A DNA stretch of 63,516 nt, filler included, from Octopus bimaculoides (taxonomy: Eukaryota), in the NCBI RefSeq assembly GCF_001194135.2. It is 5 parts of 5 records of this genome, joined end to end, with 100 filler letters (N's around TTAATTAATTAA, not from the genome) between each part and the next. Parts side by side here need not be neighbours in the genome. Positions count along the whole stretch, not along the records: positions 45,398 to 60,205 come from NC_069006.1; positions 60,306 to 63,516 come from NW_026358079.1; 3 more parts are not named here. One strand, written 5' to 3'. This document shows, in pieces, positions 50,761-63,085 of this stretch. Each line of letters begins with the position of its first letter. The stretch's first letter is position 1. Under the pieces are notes generated by a model. That model made no database searches. It was not told the DNA's origin and saw only the letters and a list, made by a program, of their open reading frames with translations. A program made the position numbers and the translations under genes.

Positions 50761-51051
50761 ACTCGAAGTGCTGTCTGGCCAGTGTCAATACGAAATTTTA
50801 TTTTCATTTCCATTAAAACAATACACATTTACCGTTCTATTACGAGTTAATAATTATCGCAGCAGTTGCAAGGTAAAATATAAATTTCTTTGCCTCTCTG
50901 TAATAATTATTGTGGTATTTACCGTTAAATTAGCATTTCCATACATGTGCTATTTTGTTCATTTGTTTATATTTCGTTAATTTACACTGCATACAAAAAT
51001 ACCGGACATACTATATACATACAACTGCTTACAAAAATAGAGATTAATGTA

Positions 51052-51280
51052 TTGGGTTGTCCGGAAAGTTCGTGCCGATTTATAGTAGCTTACCTTTCGA
51101 CTTACTTGCCATGAAACCACCTCAATTCTGGGAAGAGGGTATTTTCAAGTTAGAGGAGAGATGGAGATGCATTGTGTAACAAAATGGTTCATATTTGGTT
51201 GATTAAAAATGTAATGGCAAGTATATATTGATCTTTTTTTTTTCATTTAAAAATCGGCACGAACTTTCCGGACAACCCAA
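51052..51280. mobile_element. Mariner-derived MITE with perfect 30-bp TIRs
   Basis: TA-ttgggttgtccggaaagttcgtgccgattt ... aaatcggcacgaactttccggacaacccaa-TA; interior encodes KPPQFWEEGIFKLEERWRCIV*QNGSYLVD* (mariner C-terminus). Confidence 0.93.
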
Positions 51281-51329
51281 TATATTTCTTCAATGTTCAT
51301 AATTTTTTGCTTACAATATTGAAAAAATA

Positions 51330-51830
51330 TGCCACCAAAGAAAAGACGTGTTTCTCTCCAGAAACACGTATAAAGCGAGGACGATTGCTGAAAACCGAAG
51401 GCGTGTGTCTCAACAGGGAAAGGAGATGAGACTTTCTCAGGGTCAGCAGATGCATGCTGCAGCACGTCAAATGGAGTCTCAAGAGAGAAAGGAGATGAGA
51501 TTTTCCCAAGATCAGCTAAGGCATGCTGCAATACTTAATGCTGAGTCATTAAAACAACGTTTAGCACGCTATATAAAACGGATGTCCAATACAATATAGC
51601 TCTCATAAATAGACCACAGGCAAATTCGTTCTTCACAACACCAGGAGCTGCTTTCAGATATGATCCATCCCAGCCTTATAAAAACGATAATTCTGTATAA
51701 ATTGGTGTGCTACACTCAAATTGTCGTTTCTGCAAAGCTTTCAAATTTCCAAATAAAACTAGTGGCATGTGCTGCTCAGGCGGTTTGCCAGGACTACCAG
51801 CTCCTCCTCAACCTCTTTCGACAGTTCACT
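51330..51830 (+). mobile_element. Helitron RepHel N-terminal fragment
   Basis: AAFRYDP..., IGVLHSNCRFCKAFKFPNKTSGMCCSGG.LP..PQPL, the Helitron C..C.A..F..E...CC..G zinc-finger motif. Confidence 0.75.
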
Positions 51831-51894
51831 TCCCCGTCACAGGTACAGATTATAAACAATGAAAGGCCGATTTTGGTGATTCATTTGACAAAGG

Positions 51895-52200
51895 TAAGTT
51901 GAGAGCCAATTCGATGATAAACCTAACCTTGGGTCTTGAATATTTGCATGAATCCTGGCTCGGTTAAATCTCTTGTGGCTCCAAATGATATCATCTGTAG
52001 TGCAGCGTTGTATTGTCTAATTTTATTTTGGAATCTTGGTCAGCTGATGAAAACAGTTTCTTCAATGGCTCTGGAGGTTGGGGAATTGCAGGGAGTTTAA
52101 CTTGGCATGTCTTTGATGAAAGTCTGAGTAAGTGCCTCTCCAATGCCTAAAACTGCATATATTACGTAATTCTTCTTTTAAAATTTTCGCGTAAATTGGC
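51895..52200 (-). mobile_element. Second Helitron RepHel fragment, opposite strand
   Basis: VKLPAIPQPPEPLKKLF, IRQYNAALQMISFGA, PGFMQIFKTQG*VYHRIGS, the conserved YN.AF.MTSFGA / F.VQGQVYHRIGSL segment. Confidence 0.8.
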
Positions 52201-52483
52201 GTTGCAAATGGAGATGGTATGGAAACATGTGTAACTTATAATTAAAGATGTGTTCATGAATTCTCTTTGTCTCCATCTTTTCATTGGATCATTTACTCTT
52301 CGCCAAACCATATGACGGTATAATTGTTGTGGAACTTGGATTTTCTACTCCAGAAGTATTCCGGCCTAGGCTTGGATCCCGACAGCGTTGATAGCCCAGC
52401 ATTCGGATTGAGTGCTTCTCTGGAAATACCCCAACTTCACAACGAACCGACTTCTGTTGGTGGGGTTTGTATACACATATACC

Positions 52484-52524
<41 letters not shown>

Positions 52525-53999
52525 TTCTATTTGCCTGTGTATGTACGCGTGTATTATGTATATGTGTATGTACGTATGCATGTATATATGTATGTATGTA
52601 CGTATGCATGTATATATGTATGTATGTATGTATGTATACATGTAGGTAGGTAGGTAGATAGGTAGGTAGGTAGGTAGGTAATCACATTTCGCAATCATTT
52701 ATTTCTAAGCAGTTTTGGAATTATCTCAAAAATTGCTTCACGTTAAGAAATTTACGCTGATGTCATAAACACGCAGAGATAAAAATGATAAATTCGATAA
52801 CAGATCATCAGTTCGATGCATGTGACACCAGATATGTTGAGATCGAACGAATGACCGAACCATCAGAGTCGATTGAATATTTTTTGATACTGCCCGTCTT
52901 CAAGTTGGTGTTAAGACTCTGAAGTTCGAATCGCTGCTTTCATTGCTCGTTCTGTTTCTTCACCCTTCGAAGTCTCATCTTCATGGCTGTGTGGTTAAGA
53001 AGCTTACTTTACAACTATATGGTTTCGGGTTCAATCCGAATGCACGACAAGGTATTCCTCGGTCCCGGACCGAATAATATCTTCTGGGTAAACGTGCTCG
53101 TTCGGCTTTTTCTATCCGAAGCCTTTTCCAACCTAATATTTACATGCTATTCTTTATAGCTTTATGCGATGTACATCATTAACCCCTATTAAAACCAAAA
53201 CAAAACAACAATAAGAAAAAACAAGATTATTTCTCGTTCTCTCGAATGTTTATGAAATTCTTGTCACCAACAACAAACACACACACATACACGTATGTAT
53301 GTATTTATGTATGTATGTATGTATGTATTTGTGTGTATGTATGTGTGTATGTACGCATGTATGTATGTACGTATGTATGTATGTATGTATGTATGTATGT
53401 ATGTATGTATGTATGTGTGTTCCTGACCGTGTTATAAATAGAGAATGCGTATATATGTACGAATCTACAATATGTACACGCACATACGCGTGTACACATG
53501 CATAGACACACAAACATAATACNNNNNNNNNNNNNNNNNNNNNNNNNNNNNNNNNNNNNNNNNNNNNNNNNNNNNNNNNNNNNNNNNNNNNNNNNNNNNN
53601 NNNNNNNNNNNNNNNNNNNNNNNNNNNNNNNNNNNNNNNNNNNNNNNNNNNNNNNNNNNNNNNNNNNNNNNNNNNNNNNNNNNNNNNNNNNNNNNNNNNN
53701 NNNNNNNNNNNNNNNNNNNNNNNNNNNNNNNNNNNNNNNNNNNNNNNNNNNNNNNNNNNNNNNNNNNNNNNNNNNNNNNNNNNNNNNNNNNNNNNNNNNN
53801 NNNNNNNNNNNNNNNNNNNNNNNNNNNNNNNNNNNNNNNNNNNNNNNNNNNNNNNNNNNNNNNNNNNNNNNNNNNNNNNNNNNNNNNNNNNNNNNNNNNN
53901 NNNNNNNNNNNNNNNNNNNNNNNNNNNNNNNNNNNNNNNNNNNNNNNNNNNNNNNNNNNNNNNNNNNNNNNNNNNNNNNNNNNNNNNNNNNNNNNNNNN

Positions 54000-55212
54000 G
54001 ACCCCGAAAGGATGAAAGGCAAAGTCTTAACTCAGAATGTTAAGACAGACGAAATATCGCTAAGCATTTCGTCCGGTGTTCTAACGTTTCTTATTTCTTT
54101 ACTGCCCACAAGGAGCTACATACAGAGGGGACAAACAAGGACAAACAAAAGGATTAAGTCGATTGCATCGACCCCAATGCGCAGCTAGTACTTAATTTAT
54201 CGATCCCGAAAGGATGAAAGGTAAAGTCGACCTCGGCGGAATTTGAACTCAGAACGTAGCGGCAGACGAAATACCGCTAAGAATTTCGCCCGGCGTGCTA
54301 CATTTCTGCCAGCTCGCCGCCTTAGGCGCGGTATGAATATTGCTACGTCTTACTAATGCGGCACGTCTCACTTGGAGTAGTCAATTATGTGTATTTGTTG
54401 ATGTTAAAGTGAAAAACTAAAAGATTGTATCTTCAATGGTAGGCTTTTTGTTTAAACAAGAGTTTCCAAGAATCGTTAGCACACTGGGCCAAATGCTCAG
54501 AGGCGTTTCGTCTCACTTCTGTGTTCAAATTCCGCCGAGGTTGACTTTGCCTTTAATCCTTTCGGGTTCGATAAAATAAGTACCGGTTGAGCACTAGGTT
54601 TGATGTAATCGACTTATCCCCACGCTTGAAATTACTAACCTTGTGCCAAAATCTAAAACCAATAATGTCAGCATTGTGATTAGATCGCCAGTGATCAAGA
54701 AATATGTCATGTCGAATATAAACTGATTTCCATTTCAGCTTCATTTGTTCGTACATAATGGCAGCTGATTGCAAACTTGTAATGTTTAAAGGAAAAAGCT
54801 GGATTTAGTGACTTGATTACTGACTGGCGCACGTTCTAACATGTTATGATAGTAAGCTTGCAATCACGGATTAGCGCATGCTCTAATAATGCGTTCTATT
54901 ATAGGCACAAGACTTGAAATTTTGGGGGAGGGTACTAGTCGATTTCATTGACCCTATTACTCATCTGGTACTTATTTTATTATTCCTGAAAGGATGAAAG
55001 GCAAAGTCGACCTCGACGGAATTTGAACTCAGAAAGTGAAGACGCACGAAATGCCGCTAAGCATTTTGTCCGTCGTGCTAACGAGTCTACCAAGATCACC
55101 GCCTTTAGCACAAGTTCTAATAATGCTTTCCAGTATAGGTCTGTAGCGGCAGACGAAATACCGCTAAGCATTTCGCCCGGCGTGCTAACGTTTCTGCCAG
55201 CTCGCCACCTTT
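54000..55212. mobile_element. Cluster of at least five SINE family B copies in mixed orientation
   Basis: Minus copies at ~54000-54110, 54105-54325, 54895-55090, 55135-55212; plus copy at ~54468-54660. Confidence 0.85.
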
Positions 55213-56683
55213 AAGATGCAAGCTTCTTACCACACAGCCACTCCTGATGGTATTATTCGTACTTCATCGTTTCGCCCGAATAGACTCTGCCGTATTTATA
55301 ACTTTCTCCTGGAGGCTTTCATTAGGGATACTCATTCCACCAAGTTGAATGCGCCAAATTCACTGTAGATCCTGCAGATGTTTGAATCTTTGTCGTCGTC
55401 GAAGATTCCCAAACAAAAATATTCCCCTGGGATGAGATTGTTGTTCCCACCCGCAACGTCTAGACCTAACCTTGGAGAACAGGTTGTGCATTAGTGTGGC
55501 TTCTTTTCATCTAACGTATATGTATGGCTGTATACATACAAACACACTCATGCACATATATATATGTACAGTATATGTGTGTGGATGTGTGTGTGGATGT
55601 GTGTGCGTGTGTATATGAGCGTGTGTGTGCGAGTTCACATTGGTAAGTATTGTCTGCTATATTTTACAGTTTATATGTAAAGAACAATGGATTATTTATA
55701 TCTATGTTATGGGTACGTTGAACTGTCGAGGTTGAGTTTACAGTATTCTGTTATCTAGTCGTGAGAGGGTTAAACAGCATGCAGGTCAAGTTAACATTTC
55801 GTTGAATGAAATTAGGCTGCCATAATATGTAAGTGTAGGATGTATTACACGAAGGGGGAGGGTGGCGGTGATTTCGGTGTAAATAGTACTGGCTGTAATT
55901 GCGGTTATCATAGTTGATTTCGTGACATGCAAAAAAAAAGCGGGTGGGAAACTAGAATCAACGAATGACAAACTACAACACTTTTAAGAGAGGACTAAAG
56001 TGGAGAAAGGACGGTAAACTGATTGAGGAGGTGAGGGGTAAGCATAAAAGAAAGGGAGAGACAGTCAGAGATAGAGAAAAATAGTGTAAGAGATATAAAG
56101 GGATTTAGAGAGGGTAAGAGAGGTGTATAAGAGTGGTTTATCTTAGAAAAACAGTATTTACATTTGGCATACGATTATATAAACACTTAATTCGCTAACA
56201 AGGCAAGAGTAACGATGGACGTGCTCGGCTTGACAGATTATGCCACTACTTTGGCACTCGTAGCTGTGCTTATTTTAACTTTCTATCTGTGAGTATTGCA
56301 TTTACTTTCAAACTAAAATTGCTGTTTTATATAATAACCAGAATGGTGTCCCCGTCTCCGTTGTTGCTTCTCACTAAGTTTCGGTTGCGCACGCTCTACC
56401 CTTCTTCGTGTTTCTTATCATTCACCTTAGTGTCTTCTCTGAGATTGAACTCACAACCTCTAGGTGTCTGCACTGCATTAACAAGCGCCTTTATCCACTG
56501 CATTATATTCGTAGACAGTGACAGAATGAATCTGCATGGTTTACAAAGCTCCTGAAGGCTAGAGCGCACACAGCCGAAACGTAGTGAAAACAATAATCAA
56601 ACAATCAATGTGAGGACATCTGTCCTTGTAATACATAACATGATAATGACTCACTCAGAAATGCAGAAGTGTAAAATTACTAT

Positions 56684-56722
<39 letters not shown>

Positions 56723-56725
<3 letters not shown>

Positions 56726-59463
56726 AATATATATATAATTTAGAGAAAAAAACACAATTATTTAATTCATCGATGAAAATCCACAATCACATATAGAAAA
56801 ATTTAGTAAGTAAATACACTAAAAAGACCTATAATAAAAATCAAAAAAGTACAAAGTAATAAATATTGAAATAGTAAAAATGACTACACGTGTTTCATAA
56901 CCATATTTTCAAATAGAAAATAGAATAAAAATCAAATCTATTCAAAATAAATCATTTTTACTATTTTAATATTTATTACTTTGTACTTTTTTGATTTTTA
57001 TTATAGGTCTTTTTAGTGTATTTACTTATTATATTTTTCTATATGTAATTGAGAATTTTCATAGAGAAATTAAATAATTGTGTGTTTTTTCTCTAAATTA
57101 TATATTTATATATTATATATTGTGAAATTTAATTTAATCTAATTTTGATAAATTAAATTGAATTTTTCACTGTAAATTTGGAATTTTTCTCTAATATTAT
57201 TATCATAATTATTTTAGTATTTCAATTTATAGCTAACGTTTATTGTTTGTATTTAACTTTCAATTTTCGTTAGTTATGGAATTTACAGGTAGGATAGAAC
57301 CGCTGTTTTGGAATTCATCTTTGAAGGATATCCCCATCCCATCTAGAAATGAATATATTTTGAAACGTATTAATAATATTAAGGATTTTATTACTAGGAT
57401 TAAATGGAAAGCCTACTACAATAATTATAACATATCTAATAATAACGATGTAGAAAATTCCAATTATATTAATTCAAAATTTAAATCTAGGGATATACAG
57501 ATGTTAGAGGATAATATTTGGAAGGTGGTAAAAAATATTAAATTTCATAAATACCCAAATAGACATAATGATTATTTAAGAAATGCGAAATATGGAAGGA
57601 ATTATGGTACAATCAGATAAAACTAGGAACCTGTATAAACTAGATGTTAAATTATATGATAACCTATTAGAGAAAGAAATTAATAAAAAATATAAAATTG
57701 TTCCAGAAAATACTCTTTATTCTATAAATAAGGCCTCTAATGATGAAATATAAAAAACTGAACCTTATGTACCGATGCACCCGAGAATTACTTTGAAAGA
57801 CCATAAGGATAATTTTTATTCTGACCCTAAAGTTAGGTTTATTTGTCCTTGCAAATCAGATCTAGGTAAATTAAGTAAGATCATTTTAGATAAATATATA
57901 GATAGATTAAATTATATTAATTACCTTAAACTATGGAATAGTACTACAGATACTTTAAAGATAACAATAGATATAAATTTATTCAATATAGATCATTATT
58001 ATTCTTACATTAACGAGATTGTACTTAATAAAGCCCTAATTTATGCAATGAAGAAGGTAGGTATGACTTATGATGGAGTTAATGTAGTTAAAATGGCTAG
58101 GAAATCGTTGATTAAATATAATACTAAATTGTGGGCTAGGAAGGATACTAGGGACTATTTTGATATACCCTTGGGGGCACCCGATTCAGCACAGGTAACT
58201 GATTTAGTAGGTATATATTTGTTATCAGAACTTCAATTGGAAAACTTAAAATTGGAGGGTGGTTTATATAGGGATGACCTTTTATTACTAACTAAAAATT
58301 GTACCAAAAGAAAACGTGAATTATATAAGAAACTATATAATTCTTTTTTAACAGAAATAGATTAACGATTACTATATATAATGAGAACTATAATGTTAAT
58401 TATTTAGATGGTAATTTCAATTTAATAACAGGTAAAACCCAACCATTCCATAAAATTAATGAAAACATTAGATATATTAATGTTAATAGTAATCATCCAC
58501 ACTCAATTAAGAAATCGTTAACATATAATATAGGGAAGAGAATATCGTTACTTTCTTCTAATTTTGAGATTTTCCAAAAACATGCACCTTATTATAATGA
58601 AGCCCTTCGTGAGGCGGGATAAACTAATAATATTAAATTCTTTCATAATTCGAAATATAATTATAATATCAAAGATTATAATATTAATGATCCATTTATT
58701 TTCTATAATAATAAACATAACATTAAGAATTATGATAAGGTCTACTGGGGTAATAATGATAAGAATAATAGGTATTATGATAATAAAAAACATAAACATA
58801 ATTATAATGGACAAAATAATAAGATTAAATTTAATTCATTCNNNNNNNNNNNNNNNNNNNNNNNNNNNNNNNNNNNNNNNNNNNNNNNNNNNNNNNNNNN
58901 NNNNNNNNNNNNNCATAATTCGAAATATAATTATAATATCAAAGATTATAATATTAATGATCCATTTATTTTCTATAATAATAAACATAACATTAAGAAT
59001 TATGATAAGGTCTACTGGGGTAATAATGATAAGAATAATAGGTATTATGATAATAAAAAACATAAACATAATTATAATGGACAAAATAATAAGATTAAAT
59101 TTAATTCATTCAATGATAATAATAAATTTAATAAAATAAATAATAAATATAATAATATCAATAATAAGAACAAAATTTGGCTAATTATTCCTTACGGCGT
59201 TCAAGTTAAAACTAATATTATTAAAAAGATTTTAAATATAATTGATATATTCCTTAGAAATAATAAAAAAAATATAATAATATGTTTTCTAGTAATAATT
59301 TGGGATTTGGTTATTCTACTACTAATAATGTTGGTAACATTATTTCTTCTTTTAATAGATTTAAGTTAAATAAGTTTTACAAATATTAATTGAATACTTA
59401 CTCTAATAATAATAATAAGGACCAGGATATAATTAATTGTACAAGTAGAGATAAGACCAAATG
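56723..59463 (+). mobile_element. Penelope-like element (RT intact in outline but mutated; 3' truncated before GIY-YIG) with inverted 5' repeat
   Basis: ATG 57276; SSLKDIPIPSRNEY..FITRIKWKAYY, ITLKDHKDNF..PKVRFICPCKSDLGKLSK, FDIPLGAPDSAQVTDLVGIYLL, GGLYRDD, YLD, SNHPHSIKK, IWLIIPY..VKTNI, final NCTSRDK; stops and frameshifts; ~160-bp inverted repeat upstream; inserted at a (CA)/(TA) tract. Confidence 0.85.
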
Positions 59464-60342
59464 ACGCATTACCAAAACTGTTGTGCTCACTAAACGCGTC
59501 AACACTCCCTCCCTACACTCTGTGTGGTTTGACAAGAGCCATCATATCTCAATGTATGAGAGCCTTCGGGATTCAGTCAATAGTTTATTACTAAGATACT
59601 CAGAAAGAGGAAGTTATATTTTTAGGCTTTCTGGTCTATACGCATGCTTGCACAAGCTGATTGTTACTATTATGCAAATCATCGAACCATTGAGTAATCC
59701 GACTGATATGTTTCTTTAGTATATTATCAGCAATTATTGTGAGTAATACCGAAGTAGCACAGCAGTCAGATTGCATCAGAGGCCAATCGGTTTGTGTTAG
59801 AGTGACGACCAGTTTATATGCGTTCAATTTTTTTATATATTTAATTATATATATCAGTCTATCTATCTACCTATATATATATATATTTATATATGACGTT
59901 GACCACTAACGTGGACATTTAATGTGCTAGAAATAGATCACATCTTGTGTCTAAAAAGACCTAAATTGTTCTCAACATGAAATATAGCGTGATACCAAAA
60001 CGTAAGCGGGTAAGACATTTAAAATCACCGAAAAGGAACATTATTAAACAGGTACCGGTTTCAAATTTAACAATCTTACCGACTGTCTATTTCTCTTCAG
60101 CATGATTTGTAATGGAACCATAATCATCAGAACCCCATACAAAGTTGCCCACCGCCATAGGTGCGCGTGTATATATGCGCGTGTATATGGTTCTGCTAAT
60201 TACAGNNNNNNNNNNNNNNNNNNNNNNNNNNNNNNNNNNNNNNNNNNNNTTAATTAATTAANNNNNNNNNNNNNNNNNNNNNNNNNNNNNNNNNNNNNNN
60301 NNNNNGTGTGTGTGTGTAAGTAAGTATGTATGTCTGTAAGTC

Positions 60343-60490
60343 AGGCTTCTTTCAGTTTTTATCAACCAAATTCTCTCACAAATCTTTAGTTGGCCCGAAG
60401 CTATGATAGAAGATACTTGCCCAATATGCCATGAAGTGGAACTGAACCCGGAACCATGTGGTTGTGAAGCAAGTTTCTTACCGCGCAGTC
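60343..60490 (-). mobile_element. SINE family A 5' half
   Basis: Reverse-complement match to family A head. Confidence 0.8.
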
Positions 60491-62996
60491 ACTTCTAATG
60501 CGTGTGCGTACGTGTGTTTTATACAAAGAAATTATGATTTTGAATTTTTTTTTCTCACTTCAAAATTATAAGGATTTTACGGTTTTGCCTTTCTGCCTTT
60601 CCCTTTATGGTGAAGTATGCGACTGAGGCGAAGGTAAAGAATACGCACCACTACTCGTTTCCAGCGTTTAGGGTTAGGGTTAGAGTTACGCCGAGAACGG
60701 GTGGTTTGCATAGCCTTTACCTCCGCCAAGCTCCGAAAGGTAGCTTTACCTAAACTCTACTAAGTCTGCAACTAGAGAATCATCGCGCCTGTCTCGGTTG
60801 AGTGACACACAAGTGCTGTATGACTCGGATGTTTAACTGTTCGCATAATCACGTATTGTTAGTGATCGCCTTCGTCATGTTGGCAGTTTTAAGTTTGATA
60901 AGAACAAACGTTCCTTTTGACCTATTTGCTTACAAAGCGATGCAACACGATACTGTTTTGTAAATTATCATGGTGTGTATAGTATAACAGTAGATTCCGT
61001 GGAAATTATCGTCGGAAAATAGAAAATACAGTCAGACCACAAGGTAGGATAAATTATTCTATGATGAAAAGATGAGGAAGCTGAATCCTTACTCTGACGA
61101 ATGATTCTGTTTGAAACGATAAACTTCAATTAATGTATTTCACTTAAACCTTATGTACATTGAATATACACGAAAGAAATACATAAACATCGTTTTAAAT
61201 TTCAAACCCGCTTTGTGTTATAAGGCCTAAAAAGTGGAGCTGACAAATTGCTTTGTTTAATAAAATCGAAATAGTTTTAAACTTTTAAATTTGTCTAACA
61301 CCAGACAAAGAAAGCATGATAACGATGCAAACTCTATTCTGGTCTTTTGATTAATACAGGGTGGGTAACCAAAACTTTTTCACTAATAGTGTAGCGACGG
61401 CAGGTCTGGTATTTTGTCAGTTTTCAGAACCGATGCTAAGGTTCAGATTTTTAATTTAATTTTATTTATTTATATATTCAATTTATCAAATATCGTTTAA
61501 TCAGTAATTTCCACTCTGGATCTTTTTCCAACCATTGGAAGTTTTTCAAAAATTTTACCAGGTTATCTTTTTAAAATAATATAGTACTTTTGCATACAGA
61601 TAACCACAAGCGCATTCTAGAAATTAATAATGAAGAAGTTGCAAGCATTTAAAGTTATGTAAATTTAGCTAGTCGAAGAGGTGCATAGCCACTATCGGGA
61701 GTGTTCATGGAAAGTAAACGATGACACCTTTACGTGGTCATTCGATTTTCTAGAAATCTTTAAACTGCAACACAGCGTCTAAAAAAACAAAGATCGACAC
61801 AATATATATATGACGTAGTTGGCAGCAAACTTTCTGTTTATCTTTCATTCATAGTTAGAGCGCCAATGCATCTGCGACGCTAAATATGAAATCATAAACA
61901 CTGTATGCATTAATAACAAACACGTGCGCAGCGTCATGTTTATGATTACATATAATTAACATACTTCAGTGTCGCTGTGAATTAAGGAGCATAATAAGAT
62001 GCATTAGTGCACTAATTATGAATAAAAGAAACAACAAAAAATCTACCCCTCAACTAACTCATATAATGTGTTATCCTTTCTGCTTTTTAGACGTTGTAGT
62101 GTAGCTTAAAGAAGATTTGGCTGTTGTTTCTAGCAGGTCTATTGACAACGTAAAGGTCTCATCTTCGTTGTTTTTGCTTATTTCCATGACAACAGACAGT
62201 TCTTACCTCCTGTATAATGGCAATGGACCTCTTCGATTGGCTAAAATTATATAACTTTAAATAGTTGTGACTTTTTTATTATTAATTTCTAGAAAAAACA
62301 AAGTTAATGCGATTTTCGTTATCTGCATTCAAAACAACATCAGAACTACACCATATTTTGAAAATGATCTGGTGAAAATTTTCGAATAGATCTGAAGTGG
62401 TTGGAAGAAATTGAACAAGATTCTCTATTTCTATTGAATAAAGCCAGATCTGAACACATTTCTTTTATATCAGGTGTAGTGTCCTTAAACCATCCATCCC
62501 TCTATAAATATTAACGTGGTCGCTCAGTCACGCTGCAATAGCAGTCACACTTCCCTTAAATTCACTCTACCATTTTAAATGTACTGATAACTTGGCCCGC
62601 ATTGGAAAACGTTGTTTTAGATACAACATGATGTCTCAAAAAGTAAAAACGAGATGGTCATGGCTGAAATGTTTTTGATAAATCAATTTAATCAGTCTTA
62701 TCTTAGGTAAGACTAATAACGAGCCGCTTTTTCTTTATTTTTTAAAATCAACTTTACTGGAGTTATCCTTCCTTTGCTATTTTTTTAGCTTTTTAGACTT
62801 AAGGAATTTTGTCTTCTAATTACAAAGATAATCCCAATTAATCAAAGAAAAAAATGAAGACTTAATTACCCTGCATTTCAAAGTCAAAAATGTAATAATT
62901 ACTCTGTAGTCCATAATGTACTCATAAAGAAAAATGTATATTTCAAACACTGAAGAATATTTAGACAAAATTATATTTTTGAGGAATTCTATAAAG

Positions 62997-63085
62997 GTAG
63001 TGGTTTCCAACCTGTGTTCCGCGGACTCCTGATGGTCCACAAAGATAGTACTGGGGATCCGTGAACAAAATTAAAAATTTCATAT
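62997..63085. mobile_element. Left end of a hAT-type MITE, truncated by a SINE
   Basis: tagtggtttccaacctgtgttccgcggac resembles the CAGTGGTTCCCAACC TIR class. Confidence 0.4.

Noticed and set aside
55262-55330. Minus-strand CTAATGA...GGGC-GAAAC as a hammerhead
   Set aside because: The second copy of this repeat (49570-49630) also has TAATGA and lacks GAAAC, so the motif is not conserved.
58644-59111. Exact 198-bp direct repeat (58644-58841, 58914-59111)
   Set aside because: The copies end and begin exactly at the edges of a small gap, typical of unmerged overlapping contig ends.
59483-59827. Overlapping 78-aa and 63-aa ORFs after the PLE
   Set aside because: No recognisable motif, splice context or continuity with the PLE frame.
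60101-60160. Strong acceptor and phase-2 exon candidate (MICNGTIIIRTPYKVAHRH) as the next RTK exon
   Set aside because: Phase fits but there is no resemblance to kinase subdomain XI.
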